Shown one piece after another: positions 11,368 to 20,973 of a DNA stretch of 64,000 nt. Both the position numbers and the translations under genes were made by a program. The stretch's first letter is position 1. The number at the start of each line of letters is the position of its first letter. Origin of the DNA: an uncultured delta proteobacterium (GTDB lineage Bacteria; Desulfobacterota; Binatia; UBA9968). Below the pieces are notes generated by a model. The model was not told where the DNA came from and made no database searches. It worked only from the letters and a program-made list of their open reading frames with translations. The stretch covers positions 96,001-160,000 of the forward strand of contig CAVTUQ010000026.1 in the NCBI GenBank assembly GCA_963737905.1. Reading direction: 5' to 3'.

Positions 11368-11440
11368 GGTTCAAGGTTCAACGTTCAAGGTGGATGAGAC
11401 CGTGCTTTTCTTTGAACTTTGAACCTGGAACTTTGAACTG
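11368..11440. repeat. Heptamer-periodic hairpin (GTTCAAG)n...(TTGAAC)n, family C
   Basis: Tandem 7-mers followed by their inverted counterparts; related copy at 45178-45250. Confidence 0.75.
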
Positions 11441-11472
11441 CCATGCAACAGCATGGCATTGATCCGAATCGG

Positions 11473-12078
11473 TTACAGAAGCGCTTTCACCGACGGCCGT
11501 TCCTTTATTCTCTGGAGCCATGTCGTAAGCCGCGGTAAGGAGGGTGTTGGAATGGCGCCGTAAGATTCCATCCGGAGAAATCGCGGCAACAGGTCGATAT
11601 CCGTCAAGCTCATCTCGCCCAGAAAATACGGTTTGTCGCCCAACGCTTCTTCGAGATACTGAAGCAGATGGCGAAGGGCTTGACGTTTCGCCTCGACAAT
11701 AGTGTCACTACGCTCCGATTCTTTCTTGAGCATTTCCCCCCGCAGAGCCCAGTACGGCTCATGGATGTAGTTCAGTCCGTAGTCGACCAGAACCCTTCCG
11801 CGTCCACGCAGGTAGGGATCTTTCGGCATCAGAGGAGGGTTGGGATATTTTTCGTCCAGATACTCGTTGATGATGCAAGACTCGAAAAGAATCTTCCCGG
11901 CATCGTCGAGCACCGGTACCTTTCCGTAGGGGTTTAGTTTTAAGAATTCGGGCCGCTTCTGGTCCTTTTTTCCGAGATCGAGCGTTACTCGGTCGTAGGC
12001 GAGCCCTTTTTCATGTAAGGCGATTTTTGTTCGATCGCTGTTCGACGAAGGTACCGCGTCGTATAACGTCATGGCCAT
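11473..12078 (-). CDS. Glutathione S-transferase family protein
   Basis: LNPYGKVPVL and FESCIINEYLDEKYP motifs. Confidence 0.95.
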   Translation of the reverse strand: MAMTLYDAVPSSNSDRTKIALHEKGLAYDRVTLDLGKKDQKRPEFLKLNPYGKVPVLDDAGKILFESCIINEYLDEKYPNPPLMPKDPYLRGRGRVLVDYGLNYIHEPYWALRGEMLKKESERSDTIVEAKRQALRHLLQYLEEALGDKPYFLGEMSLTDIDLLPRFLRMESYGAIPTPSLPRLTTWLQRIKERPSVKALL

Positions 12079-12170
12079 GACTTTTCCCTCGCTCTATGAA
12101 ATTTTCTATCTTCTAGCACCGGTAGATGGGGGCGACAAGGGCGCTTGGACAAGGCAGGTCGCGTCACGGA

Positions 12171-13118
12171 TCATTCTCTTCGCGGGGTGCTTACCAGCAC
12201 AACCGATCCGATGATGAGCGCGGCGGCGAGCACTGTACGTATTGTCATCGGCTCCTGTGCCAGGAAGTAACCGAGCAAAACCGCAACCAGCGGATTGACA
12301 TAGGCGTAGGTGGCCACCAGTGGCGTGGGCGCCACGCGTAAGAGCCAAACATAGGCAACGAAGGCGATGGAGCCGATTACGGTGAGATAGACGAGCGCCA
12401 GTGCCGACCGTCGAGAAACAGCCGCAAGCTCGAAGCCGCTCCATTCTCCGAAAACGGTCGCGACAAGCATCAGGGCCAGGCCTCCGGCAAGCATTTCCAT
12501 CCCGGTGCCGAGTAAGGGTGACGCAGGAAGCCGGGCGGTCCTTCCGTAGAGTGATCCCATCGTCCACGCGATCGACGCGAGAACCAACGCCGCCGCGCCG
12601 AAAAGATTCGCGGTGTCGGCGTCGCGGGCCGCTGAGCCGATCAACAAGACGACACCGCCGAAGCCAATGAGTATGCCGGTAACCGCGATGAGGCCCGGCC
12701 GGTGACCGGTGGGAAGAAAAGCATCGATGAGCACCATCCAGAGCGGCACCGTCGCCACCAACAGCGCAGCGAGGCTTGATGCAACAAATTGTTCCGCCCA
12801 GACCACGCCGCCGTTGCCGCCTACCAAAAGGAAAATACCGATGATCGCTGCACTACGCCATTCCACCGCTTCGGGGCGAGGATCGCCGCTAAGACGGCGC
12901 ACAGCGTAAAGAAAGCCACCGGAGAAGATGAAGCGGGCAGCGGCCATCAAAAAGGGTGGGAGGGTCTCGACGGCGTAGCGAATGGCGAGATAGGTCGAAC
13001 CCCAGATCAAGTAAACAGCGACCAGCGCCGACCAGATGGCCGGCAAGGAAGCACGATACTCCGAAGCCGCCGGAGCAGGTTGCGGCACTACAAAGCTCCT
13101 TCGAGTCGAAGGAGCCAT
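12171..13118 (-). CDS. EamA/DMT family transporter (YedA-like)
   Basis: VYLIWGSTYLAIR and TYAYVNPLVAVLLG motifs; about ten hydrophobic segments. Confidence 0.92.
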   Translation of the reverse strand: MAPSTRRSFVVPQPAPAASEYRASLPAIWSALVAVYLIWGSTYLAIRYAVETLPPFLMAAARFIFSGGFLYAVRRLSGDPRPEAVEWRSAAIIGIFLLVGGNGGVVWAEQFVASSLAALLVATVPLWMVLIDAFLPTGHRPGLIAVTGILIGFGGVVLLIGSAARDADTANLFGAAALVLASIAWTMGSLYGRTARLPASPLLGTGMEMLAGGLALMLVATVFGEWSGFELAAVSRRSALALVYLTVIGSIAFVAYVWLLRVAPTPLVATYAYVNPLVAVLLGYFLAQEPMTIRTVLAAALIIGSVVLVSTPRRE

Positions 13119-13714
13119 CGTTTTGCCTTGAGGCCTGATCCGCCGCTGTAGCCGCCCAAACTTCCGTCGCTGGCGACGACGCGGTGGCAAGGAATGACGA
13201 TAGGTATCGGATTGTGTGCCAGCGCCCCGCCGACGGGCCGGCTGGAGCGAGGACGCCCCAATTCTTTTGCGACCCGATGATAAGTCCAGACCTGGCCTGG
13301 CGCGATGCGGCAGGCAACATCGAGAACGCTCCGCTGAAACGGCGTCAGTTGTGAGATATCGACGGGGAGATTGAATCTGGACCGGTCACCGGCGAAGTAC
13401 TCGCGCAGCTGCGCCAGGACGCGCTGAACGGCTTTAGGACTTTTCTCCAGTCGCGCGCGGGGATCGAAGCGTTCAATAAATTCGTTCTCCTGCCGCCCGA
13501 AGTCCAGCGCGCAGAGCCCACGCTGATTGACCGCGGCAAAAAGCGGCCCCAAAGGCGAGCTCATTTCACCCCACTGGATCAACGGCGCTTCCTCTGCAAA
13601 CCACTTCCTGACGCGGGCTCGCGAACGGGAAAGAGTGGTCGCGGTCGGTCCGCTCAGCGACTTGCGCAAGCTCTTTACAACAGCAATTTCATTTTTTAGT
13701 GTTGGTGTTCTCAT
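13088..13714 (-). CDS. ogt: Methylated-DNA-protein-cysteine S-methyltransferase with N-terminal extension
   Basis: NPIPIVIPCHRVV active site, LGGYSGG, KRWLLRLEG; ATGA coupling to the upstream sigma gene. Confidence 0.93.
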   Translation of the reverse strand: MRTPTLKNEIAVVKSLRKSLSGPTATTLSRSRARVRKWFAEEAPLIQWGEMSSPLGPLFAAVNQRGLCALDFGRQENEFIERFDPRARLEKSPKAVQRVLAQLREYFAGDRSRFNLPVDISQLTPFQRSVLDVACRIAPGQVWTYHRVAKELGRPRSSRPVGGALAHNPIPIVIPCHRVVASDGSLGGYSGGSGLKAKRWLLRLEGAL

Positions 13715-14226
13715 CTTTCCTCCTCCAGGGCGAGGCGCAGGTGACGAACTGCCTGGTAAACATTGGCGCGTGCGCTCTCCCGTGAGCAATTTAGGATCTG
13801 CGCGATCTGGGGATAGTCCAGGTCTTGGAGATAGCGCAAGGTAACGCAAGCCTTTTGTTTTGCCGGTAACCCGTTCACCAAGTTCCGCACTTTTTGTTCC
13901 ATATATTTACGCGAGATCGAATCTTCGCTCGTCGTTTCCGGCCCCGTTGCCGAATGCTTCAATGATGAAAGCTTCTCGCGCCGATGTTTCATTCGGCGAA
14001 ATTGGGTGTACGCGCAATGGGTCGCAATCTTGTAGAGCCACGCTCTATGGTTGCTATCCGGCCGTAGGCCCGGAAAACTCTCATAGGCGCGTAAGAATAC
14101 GTCCTGGGTGAGGTCCTCGACATCTTTGCCACCATCGCGGCGCCCGTATTTTCCCATGAGCCGCCAAATATAGGCGAAGATTTCGTCGTGATGCCGCTCG
14201 ATCAGATCCTCAAAGCGAAGCGCCAT
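13711..14226 (-). CDS. ECF sigma-70 factor
   Basis: DVEDLTQDVFLRAY and AWLYKIA (region 2); LP..QK..VTLRY..LDY.QIAQIL (region 4). Confidence 0.93.
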   Translation of the reverse strand: MALRFEDLIERHHDEIFAYIWRLMGKYGRRDGGKDVEDLTQDVFLRAYESFPGLRPDSNHRAWLYKIATHCAYTQFRRMKHRREKLSSLKHSATGPETTSEDSISRKYMEQKVRNLVNGLPAKQKACVTLRYLQDLDYPQIAQILNCSRESARANVYQAVRHLRLALEEER

Positions 14227-14251
14227 TTCGGTTACCTAACTCTCCGAATGG

Positions 14252-14279
14252 TATAACCACGAAGCCGTGGTTTTGTGAA
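14252..14279 (-). promoter_or_regulatory. Candidate autoregulated ECF promoter TTCACA-N16-GTTATA
   Basis: Directly upstream of the ECF gene; spacing typical of ECF promoters. Confidence 0.4.
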
Positions 14280-14377
14280 ATCTGGGCGGAATTTAATTGC
14301 TCGCTGCGATGTCAGATTGCTAGGACTTTCAGCGCACGATGGGCAAATTGAAACCGTGCTTCGGGCAAGGTTGAGAT

Positions 14378-14449
14378 CGTCACTCCCGCGGAAGCGGGAG
14401 TCTAGGCACGAAAAAACACACTAGATTCCCGTTTTCACGGGAATGACGT
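14378..14449. repeat. REP-like double hairpin related to family A
   Basis: CGTCACTCCCGCGGAAGCGGGAGTCTAG...CTAGATTCCCGTTTTCACGGGAATGACG. Confidence 0.75.
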
Positions 14450-14486
14450 GCACAGGAAAAAGCGTTAAGCAGGGGAATAGCGCAGC

Positions 14487-14936
14487 TTACGCTTCCGGGG
14501 ACATGCCCTTTTTCTTGAGCTCCTCGATCGCGTTGGGAGTTTTTTTGAGGCCGCCGGCGCCCATCCCTTTGAGCACGTGGGATGCCTTGGTGAACTGGAT
14601 GTCGTCATAGGAAACGACTTCGATCCGATTCCCCCAGGGGTCGCGGAAATTGAGCCGCTCGTTGATGCTCTTGAGGCCAAGTTTTTCCAGGGCTCCGCGC
14701 ACCGGTTCGCGGTCATCGACGACGAAACCGAAATGACGCTTGTCGTCCGGCCCCTGGGCCTTGCCGAGGCTCAATTGAATGAACTGGTCCCCCATATCGA
14801 TGAAAGCATTGTGGTCGCTCTTGCCGCGCAGTTTGAAGTCAAAAATCGCGCCATAAAATTCCAGCGCCTTGTCCAAATCGCCGACTTCGAGCACCACGTG
14901 GTTAATTCCCAACGCCCGGGCTTTTTTTTCACTCAT
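14487..14936 (-). CDS. VOC/glyoxalase family protein
   Basis: INHVVLEVGDLDKALEFY, HFGFVV and FRDPWGNRIE motifs. Confidence 0.92.
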   Translation of the reverse strand: MSEKKARALGINHVVLEVGDLDKALEFYGAIFDFKLRGKSDHNAFIDMGDQFIQLSLGKAQGPDDKRHFGFVVDDREPVRGALEKLGLKSINERLNFRDPWGNRIEVVSYDDIQFTKASHVLKGMGAGGLKKTPNAIEELKKKGMSPEA

Positions 14937-14964
14937 CAATCTTCTCCTTTCCTTTGACGCAACT

Positions 14965-15543
14965 CTACGTTCCGGTCCGGAAGCCAGGCTTGTCAACAAT
15001 CCGAAGGGAGCTCGCCTGCGGCCCTTTTTCCCCTTGTTCTTCCGCCCAACGCACGCCGGTTCCGATCTCTAAGCGGTCAAATTCTCCTGCCGGGAGGCTG
15101 TTCTTATGAAAGTAGATTTCACGACCGTCCAGGCTTTGGATAAATCCATAGGCTTCTCTGCGCAATAATAGGCTAACAAATCCGCCGACTTCCTGCTCGG
15201 GATGAGTTTTCACCTGTCGACGTTTTTTTTCAGTCAGCTTTTTGACCTGGCGGCGCATGACGCCGAATGCTCCGCGTAAAACCGCAGGCAACCGTTCGTG
15301 AGGGTCACCTTCGCTAGCCTCGCGGATCACCACCAACTCGTGTTGTGGGGGAACTGTAACATCGATCCGCACGCGAAAGGGATTTCCTGTTCGTTGGTGT
15401 TCCTGCGGCTTCTCTACGGCCATGCGACAGCTGACGATCTGATTACAGACGCGTTCGAGCTTTGTGGCTTGCTTACCGATGAGCGCTTCGATGTCCGGGG
15501 TTTTGCGAACGTTGCGAAAAGTGATCTTCAAGGGAACCCGCAT
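14965..15543 (-). CDS. HPF/RaiA-like ribosome-associated domain fused to a cold-shock domain
   Basis: N-terminal LKITFRN..VSCRMAVEKP..VRIDVTVP; C-terminal YGFI..DGREIYFHKNS..KGPQAS. Confidence 0.88.
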   Translation of the reverse strand: MRVPLKITFRNVRKTPDIEALIGKQATKLERVCNQIVSCRMAVEKPQEHQRTGNPFRVRIDVTVPPQHELVVIREASEGDPHERLPAVLRGAFGVMRRQVKKLTEKKRRQVKTHPEQEVGGFVSLLLRREAYGFIQSLDGREIYFHKNSLPAGEFDRLEIGTGVRWAEEQGEKGPQASSLRIVDKPGFRTGT

Positions 15544-15815
15544 AAGTCAACCTCCAATCTTAATCTTTTCTCCGGTTGGGCAACGAGGACGTCCCTTCTG
15601 ATATTTATTTCATGCAATATTTTTCAGCGCTGTCAAGACATTTAGATAAGATAAATGACCGGGAAATTTTTTGGAGTTATACGGCCCGGAAAAGCTTCGA
15701 CCGGGGGAGTTTTTAACGCGGTGGATTCGCACTTTTGAACTTCAGTTGCTTTGCCGCTCTTCTGGGTTTAAGTATGCGAATCCGGTTGTTGTGGCCCCTC
15801 TAAATTTGTTGTCCG

Positions 15816-17088
15816 TCACTCATCACTGTTGAAATCAAGCAACCCCTGGAATTCCAGCCCTTCGATTTCTTGAAGCGTTTTGCCGGCGATGCCTTGAAGA
15901 TCGCCGTACATGCCGACGGTGGCCTGCATGACGCGATCGATTTGTTCTTCTCGCTTGGACCACTGCTTGGTGATGGCTTTTCTCTCGCGGTCGAGGTCTT
16001 CGCGCATGGAGGAGAAAGCCTCGACGATTGCTTGTATTCGGTGGCGGAAGCGCGGCCCGGTAAGGTATTGGTAAACCATTTCCATCTTGGTCTGTTGCCC
16101 CTCGGATGCTTGCCCGCGCGCCCGCGATCTCGATCAAAGTCTGGCGCAGGGCGACGGCGACGGGCAAAGCCACTTTGGGGTGAGCCACCCACACTTGGTC
16201 TACTAGGCCGAATGTTTCCACGTCTTTGGGGAGGACCTGGCTGACAATCACTGCGATCTCGGCCTTGGCGGCTCGTTGGTCTTCGCGCAACTTGGGTAGC
16301 CAACCGTCGCTCCAATTCTTGGTTCGCTTCGATTCCCAGAGAATTGTGCCGCACGGCTGGCCGACCGGGCCCATGACCCGATGGAGGATATCGCCGCCGA
16401 ATTCTCCCTTGGGGACGGGGTGGATTGTGTCCCGCGGGAAGCGAGCGCTCAGTAGACTTTCGATCTCTAGTTCCTGAACCTCTCCTTGAAGTTGCTGTGA
16501 CCCTTGTTCGGCGCGCCGTTTCAGGTCTTCGATCTGTTTCTGCATGGAGGCGATGGTCTGCTCGGCCTCCATGACCTTCAGTTTCATTTCATCCTCAGCC
16601 TCTCTTTTTGCCTTCTCTCGCGCGGCCGCCAAATCCGATTGCACTCTCTTCTCGACGGTTAGTTCCAGCTCGCGCTTGGCGTCGTCGAGCTCGCGTTGCT
16701 TTCGAATCAAATCGGCTTGGGCCTTCTGTGCATCGGCAAGCTTTATATCTTTTTGTTTAAGAATATCCTGAAGGTCATTGATTTCTATTACTTTTTGATT
16801 AAGTTCGTTTCCAACCGCGAGCTTGGCCTTCTTGGCCTCCTCGGCCGTAATTCTGACTTGCTCCTGTTGCATTTTCTGCGCGACCTGCTCGTCCATCGAT
16901 TGTTTTTGCTTTTGAAGAACTGCCTCGCGTTCATGGAGTGTCTTCTCGCGCTTCGCTATGTCGGCGTCCTTTTGCGTTAGGCGCTGCTCATAGTCGCGCC
17001 GGATCGACTCGAGTAAGGGCGCGGCCAGGGATTCGGTGAGCTTGATTTCGGTCTTACATTGGGGGCAAACAACCGTGGGTTCTGCCAT
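15816..17088 (-). CDS. DUF2130 domain protein, frameshift near 16100
   Basis: CPQC..IKLTESLAAP, coiled coil, QGSQQLQGEVQE, ILWESKRTKNWS. C-terminus (MEMVYQYLTG...MYGDLQGIAG) is in another frame. Confidence 0.88.
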
Positions 17089-17111
17089 TAGTTTCTCCTA
17101 TTCGCACGTTC

Positions 17112-17215
17112 TTAACCACAAACAACCTGGCGCGGCCGAGCCACAAGCAAACTCGGAATATCTCGCGCAAAGGCGCAAAGCATGCCCTGAGCAAGGTCGA
17201 AGGGGGCGCAAGACA
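17112..17215. repeat. Composite intergenic palindromic element
   Basis: CTCGCGCAAAGGCGCAAAG units plus a GCCCTGAGC-N-GTCGAAGGG REP-like motif. Confidence 0.45.
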
Positions 17216-17220
17216 AAAAC

Positions 17221-18408
17221 TTAAATCTGCTCCAGATGGAAGAACTCGATGGCGTTGCCGCAAACCATCTTGTATTTTTCCTGTTCCGGCACGCCGGCGA
17301 AGTTTCTTTCAATAATGGCCATGGACTCGGGCCAGTCGGATTCCTGATGCGGAAAATCCGAGCCCCAGATGAGACCATCGACATTGATCTTGTGGCGCAG
17401 CTCAACGCCGATCCGATCGAACTGAAAGCCCCACAAGCAATGCTCGCGAATATACTCGCTCGGCAAACGGCACAGAGGTTTGAAGCCGAGCAATCGCTCG
17501 GCCCATCGGACATGGCGGTCATAGCGGACGTCCGCGGCCTGCAGGAAAAAGGGAATCCAGCCGATCTGATTTTCGGCGAAAAAAATCCGCAATTTGGAAA
17601 AGCGATCGAACAGTCCCGACAAAACCCACTGAACCGCGGCCACCGAGCCGTTGCCACGGACGGGGCCGAAGCGCCCCACCTGGTATACCAGGTCCTGACC
17701 GAGTTTCTTCATCAATTCATCCGGTTCCCGTGGATACTTGAAAAGCGGGCGAGCGCGTTCGCCGGTGCGATCGAGATCGACGTGAACGCTCACCGGCATT
17801 TTCAAATCCAATGCCGCCGCCCAAAATGGATCGTCTTCTTTCGAAGGGTAGGGTTTGCCGCTGGGAAATCCCTGAAGGAGAACGGTCTTGAGCCCGCCTG
17901 TGGCACATCGTTCCATCTCTTCGATGGTGTCTGCCACATCATGTGTCAGCGGCAAGATGCCGACTCCGATGAGCCGGCTCGGATCAACCGCACAGTACTC
18001 CTCCGCTAGCCAGCTGTTGTACGCGCGCACGACCGCTTTGTAAGCAGCATCGTCTTCAATGCGGCGCCAAAACTTCGGTCCCCCTTGCTGCGAAGGGAAC
18101 AGGACTTCGGCGTCGATGCCGTCTTGATCTTGCTCCCGGATCCGCTGCTCGGGACTGCCAGTTCCCGGAGTGCCTTCATATTTACCGCCGAAAGGAACGT
18201 ATGCATCCCGACCTTTGCCGCCATATAAGTCTGCGGCGGCGGCCGGACGAACTATTTTGTTCCCGATGGTCCACGCGTCGCTCCCGTCCGGCTGGCGCAC
18301 GAGACGCGGAGCCTGATCGCGATGCTTTGCGGGAACGCGGTCTATCCAATACTTCGAATCAATTTCCAGGTGCGAATCACCCGAGATATAACGATACTTT
18401 TTGGCCAA
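17221..18408 (-). CDS. Amidohydrolase_2 family protein
   Basis: ISGDSHLE, EQDQDGIDAEVLFP and WGSDFPHQES motifs; TTG start after GAGG. Confidence 0.9.
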   Translation of the reverse strand: MAKKYRYISGDSHLEIDSKYWIDRVPAKHRDQAPRLVRQPDGSDAWTIGNKIVRPAAAADLYGGKGRDAYVPFGGKYEGTPGTGSPEQRIREQDQDGIDAEVLFPSQQGGPKFWRRIEDDAAYKAVVRAYNSWLAEEYCAVDPSRLIGVGILPLTHDVADTIEEMERCATGGLKTVLLQGFPSGKPYPSKEDDPFWAAALDLKMPVSVHVDLDRTGERARPLFKYPREPDELMKKLGQDLVYQVGRFGPVRGNGSVAAVQWVLSGLFDRFSKLRIFFAENQIGWIPFFLQAADVRYDRHVRWAERLLGFKPLCRLPSEYIREHCLWGFQFDRIGVELRHKINVDGLIWGSDFPHQESDWPESMAIIERNFAGVPEQEKYKMVCGNAIEFFHLEQI

Positions 18409-18628
18409 TAGTCTTTCCTCGCTTTGTAACGAATGCTCGTGAACGGGTTGCGTGGTCGTATCGATCGGGAACACGATCACGGACACGCCGATCTTAGCCA
18501 AATCGGCTCTTCCTGCCAAGCGGAACCTCAATTGCTCAAGCACTGGACAATGCGCCGGGTTCCGGTTTACAAGGGATACACGTTACGGCGCAGCCATCGA
18601 ATGATCCAGCTTCTTGGGAGGTAGCCAA

Positions 18629-20848
18629 ATGATGCAGGTTGTCGGAAGATCAACACCGAGGGTTGAGGGCGAATTAAAGGTCACGGGAAAGGCGCTTTAC
18701 AGTGCGGATTTGAATTTGCCGGGTACGCTGTGGGGGAAGGTTCTGCGTAGCCCGATCCCGTACGGGCGTATCAAAAGCATCGACATCAGTAAGGCTCGGC
18801 GGGTGCCCGGAGTGAAGGCTGTGATCACCGGGCAGGACGTAACCGGGCTCAGGATTGGCCGGTGTATATATGATACGCCGGTTTTGGCGGACGGTGTGGT
18901 GCGGTTCATCGGCGAAAAGGTCGCTGCGGTTGCGGCTGAGACCGAGGAGGCGGCGGAGCGGGCGTTGGATTTGATCGAAGTTGAATATGACGAGATGGAG
19001 CCTTTGCTCGATCCGGTGGGAGCGGCCAAGCCCGACGCGCCGGTATTGCACCCCGATCTGCTTTCGTACAAGGGACTGCCGGTTCCGTTAGAAAAACTCA
19101 GCAACGTGTTTGCCTATCTCAAGTGGGGCAAGGGAGACATCGTAGCCGGTTTTAAACAGGCTGATCTGATCGTCGAAAACACATTTACCACTCAAGTAAC
19201 CCATCAGTCCTATTTAGAACCTCATGCTTGCGTGGTGAAGGCTGACTCGTCCGGCGGCGCGGAAGTCTGGGCCTGCAGCAAGACGCCCTTCGCGGTCCGC
19301 ACACAGCTTTCCAATTGTATTGGGGTGGCGAAGGAGAAGCTTGTTTTTCATCCCGTGCACATCGGCGGGGACTTCGGCGGCAAAGGGGGATTCATGGATG
19401 TCCCTGCTTGCTACTTCCTGTCGCTGAAGAGCGGCCAGCCGGTGAAGATGGTCATGGATTATTCGGAAGAGTTGGTAGCCGGCAATCCGCGCCATCCCTC
19501 AATTATCAAAGTTAAAACCGGCGTTAAAAAAAATGGCCTCATCGTAGCGCACCACATGGACTTTCTGTTCGACAGCGGCGCTTACGGATCGATGAAGCCG
19601 GCGGGATATCTGATCGGCGCCCAGACCTGCGCTGGACCCTACAAAATATTTAATTGCCTCATTGAAGAGAGAATGGTCTACACGAACAAGATACCCTGCG
19701 GGCATATGCGGGCGCCTGGCGATCCCCAGGGATTCTTTGCCAACGAAAGCCAGATGGACATGGTGGCGCGCAAGCTCGACATGGACCCGGCGGAGTTCAA
19801 AGGCAAGAACATGCTGCACGATGGCGATGAGACACCCATCGGCGGCCACATCTCTCATATCAGAGGCGTGGAAGCGCTGGAAAAGGCGATCCAGTTATCC
19901 GGCTATCTTAAGCCGAAGGCGAAGAACGTTGGACGGGGTCTTTCTTTCTCGGAATGGAGCCCCAGCGGCGGCGAAGGCAATGTCTTTGTGAACATCGATG
20001 AAGAGGGCACGGTGAAAGTATCAACGCCGGTGGTGGATCAGGGTGGAGGAGTGCTCACGGTCATCGTCGAGGTTGTGGGTGAGGAGCTCCAGGTTCCCGC
20101 GAACAAGATCGAGCTAACCCAGCTCGACAGCTCCGTAGTGCCGAGCGACGGCGGCGTCGGCGGCAGCCGTGCAACGCGAGTTTACGGAAATGCGGCCTAT
20201 GAGGCCGGCACCAAAGCAAAGACGGAAATTTTGACAATCGCCGCGGAGAAATTCGCCGCAAAGCCGGAAGAGCTTGAACTTAACAATAGTCGTGTCGTAC
20301 ACCGGGAATCGAAACGAAAAATGAGCTTTGCCGAGATTGTCAAAGCCAAGGGATCACCGATCACCGTGAAGGGTTATTACAAGAGCGCGGAAAAAGCCCA
20401 CGATGCTTCAATCTCGGCGCAAATAGCCGAAGTCCATGTGGATCCAGAGACCGGCCAGGTCACCTTGCAGCAGATGACTTCGGCCCACACCACCGGGAAG
20501 GTGATCAATCCTCTCATGCATCAAGGGCAGATAGACGGCGGCGTTGTGTTCGGTCTGGGTTACGCTCTGACTGAAGAGGTGATGTTCGATGGCGGCCGAG
20601 TCACGACAACCAACTTCGGCGAGTTTAAGATTCCCACCATCCAGGATATACCACCGCTGAAGACGGCCGTTATGGAGACGGTGCCGCACGGACCGGGCCC
20701 TTACAATAGCTTGGCCATCGGCGAGGTGGCTAACACACCGACGGCAGCGGCGGTGGCCAATGCAGTAGCCGATGCCTGCGGCGTGCGTATCACGGACTTG
20801 CCGGTGACGGCGGAAAAGGTTTATGAGGGGTTGAAGAAGAGGCATTAA
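18629..20848 (+). CDS. Xanthine dehydrogenase family molybdopterin-binding subunit, stand-alone
   Basis: KVTGKALY, QSYLEPH, IGGDFGGKG, GHMRAPG, GQIDGG and IGE motifs. Confidence 0.93.
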   Translation: MMQVVGRSTPRVEGELKVTGKALYSADLNLPGTLWGKVLRSPIPYGRIKSIDISKARRVPGVKAVITGQDVTGLRIGRCIYDTPVLADGVVRFIGEKVAAVAAETEEAAERALDLIEVEYDEMEPLLDPVGAAKPDAPVLHPDLLSYKGLPVPLEKLSNVFAYLKWGKGDIVAGFKQADLIVENTFTTQVTHQSYLEPHACVVKADSSGGAEVWACSKTPFAVRTQLSNCIGVAKEKLVFHPVHIGGDFGGKGGFMDVPACYFLSLKSGQPVKMVMDYSEELVAGNPRHPSIIKVKTGVKKNGLIVAHHMDFLFDSGAYGSMKPAGYLIGAQTCAGPYKIFNCLIEERMVYTNKIPCGHMRAPGDPQGFFANESQMDMVARKLDMDPAEFKGKNMLHDGDETPIGGHISHIRGVEALEKAIQLSGYLKPKAKNVGRGLSFSEWSPSGGEGNVFVNIDEEGTVKVSTPVVDQGGGVLTVIVEVVGEELQVPANKIELTQLDSSVVPSDGGVGGSRATRVYGNAAYEAGTKAKTEILTIAAEKFAAKPEELELNNSRVVHRESKRKMSFAEIVKAKGSPITVKGYYKSAEKAHDASISAQIAEVHVDPETGQVTLQQMTSAHTTGKVINPLMHQGQIDGGVVFGLGYALTEEVMFDGGRVTTTNFGEFKIPTIQDIPPLKTAVMETVPHGPGPYNSLAIGEVANTPTAAAVANAVADACGVRITDLPVTAEKVYEGLKKRH

Positions 20849-20973
20849 GTTTCGAGTTCAGGGTCTCGCGTCTCGGGTTAGGTTCGATCCTAGGGTAAAC
20901 TCAGGACCGACTTCGAGGAAGACCGAACGGGTCGAAACGCAAACTCGGAGCTCAACCGGAATAGGAGGCGATT

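Noticed and set aside
11368-11440. CRISPR array
   Set aside because: The units are 7-mers without unique spacers, and there are no cas genes.
14965-15543. HPF-cold-shock fusion as a novelty
   Set aside because: This is a common architecture in many bacteria.
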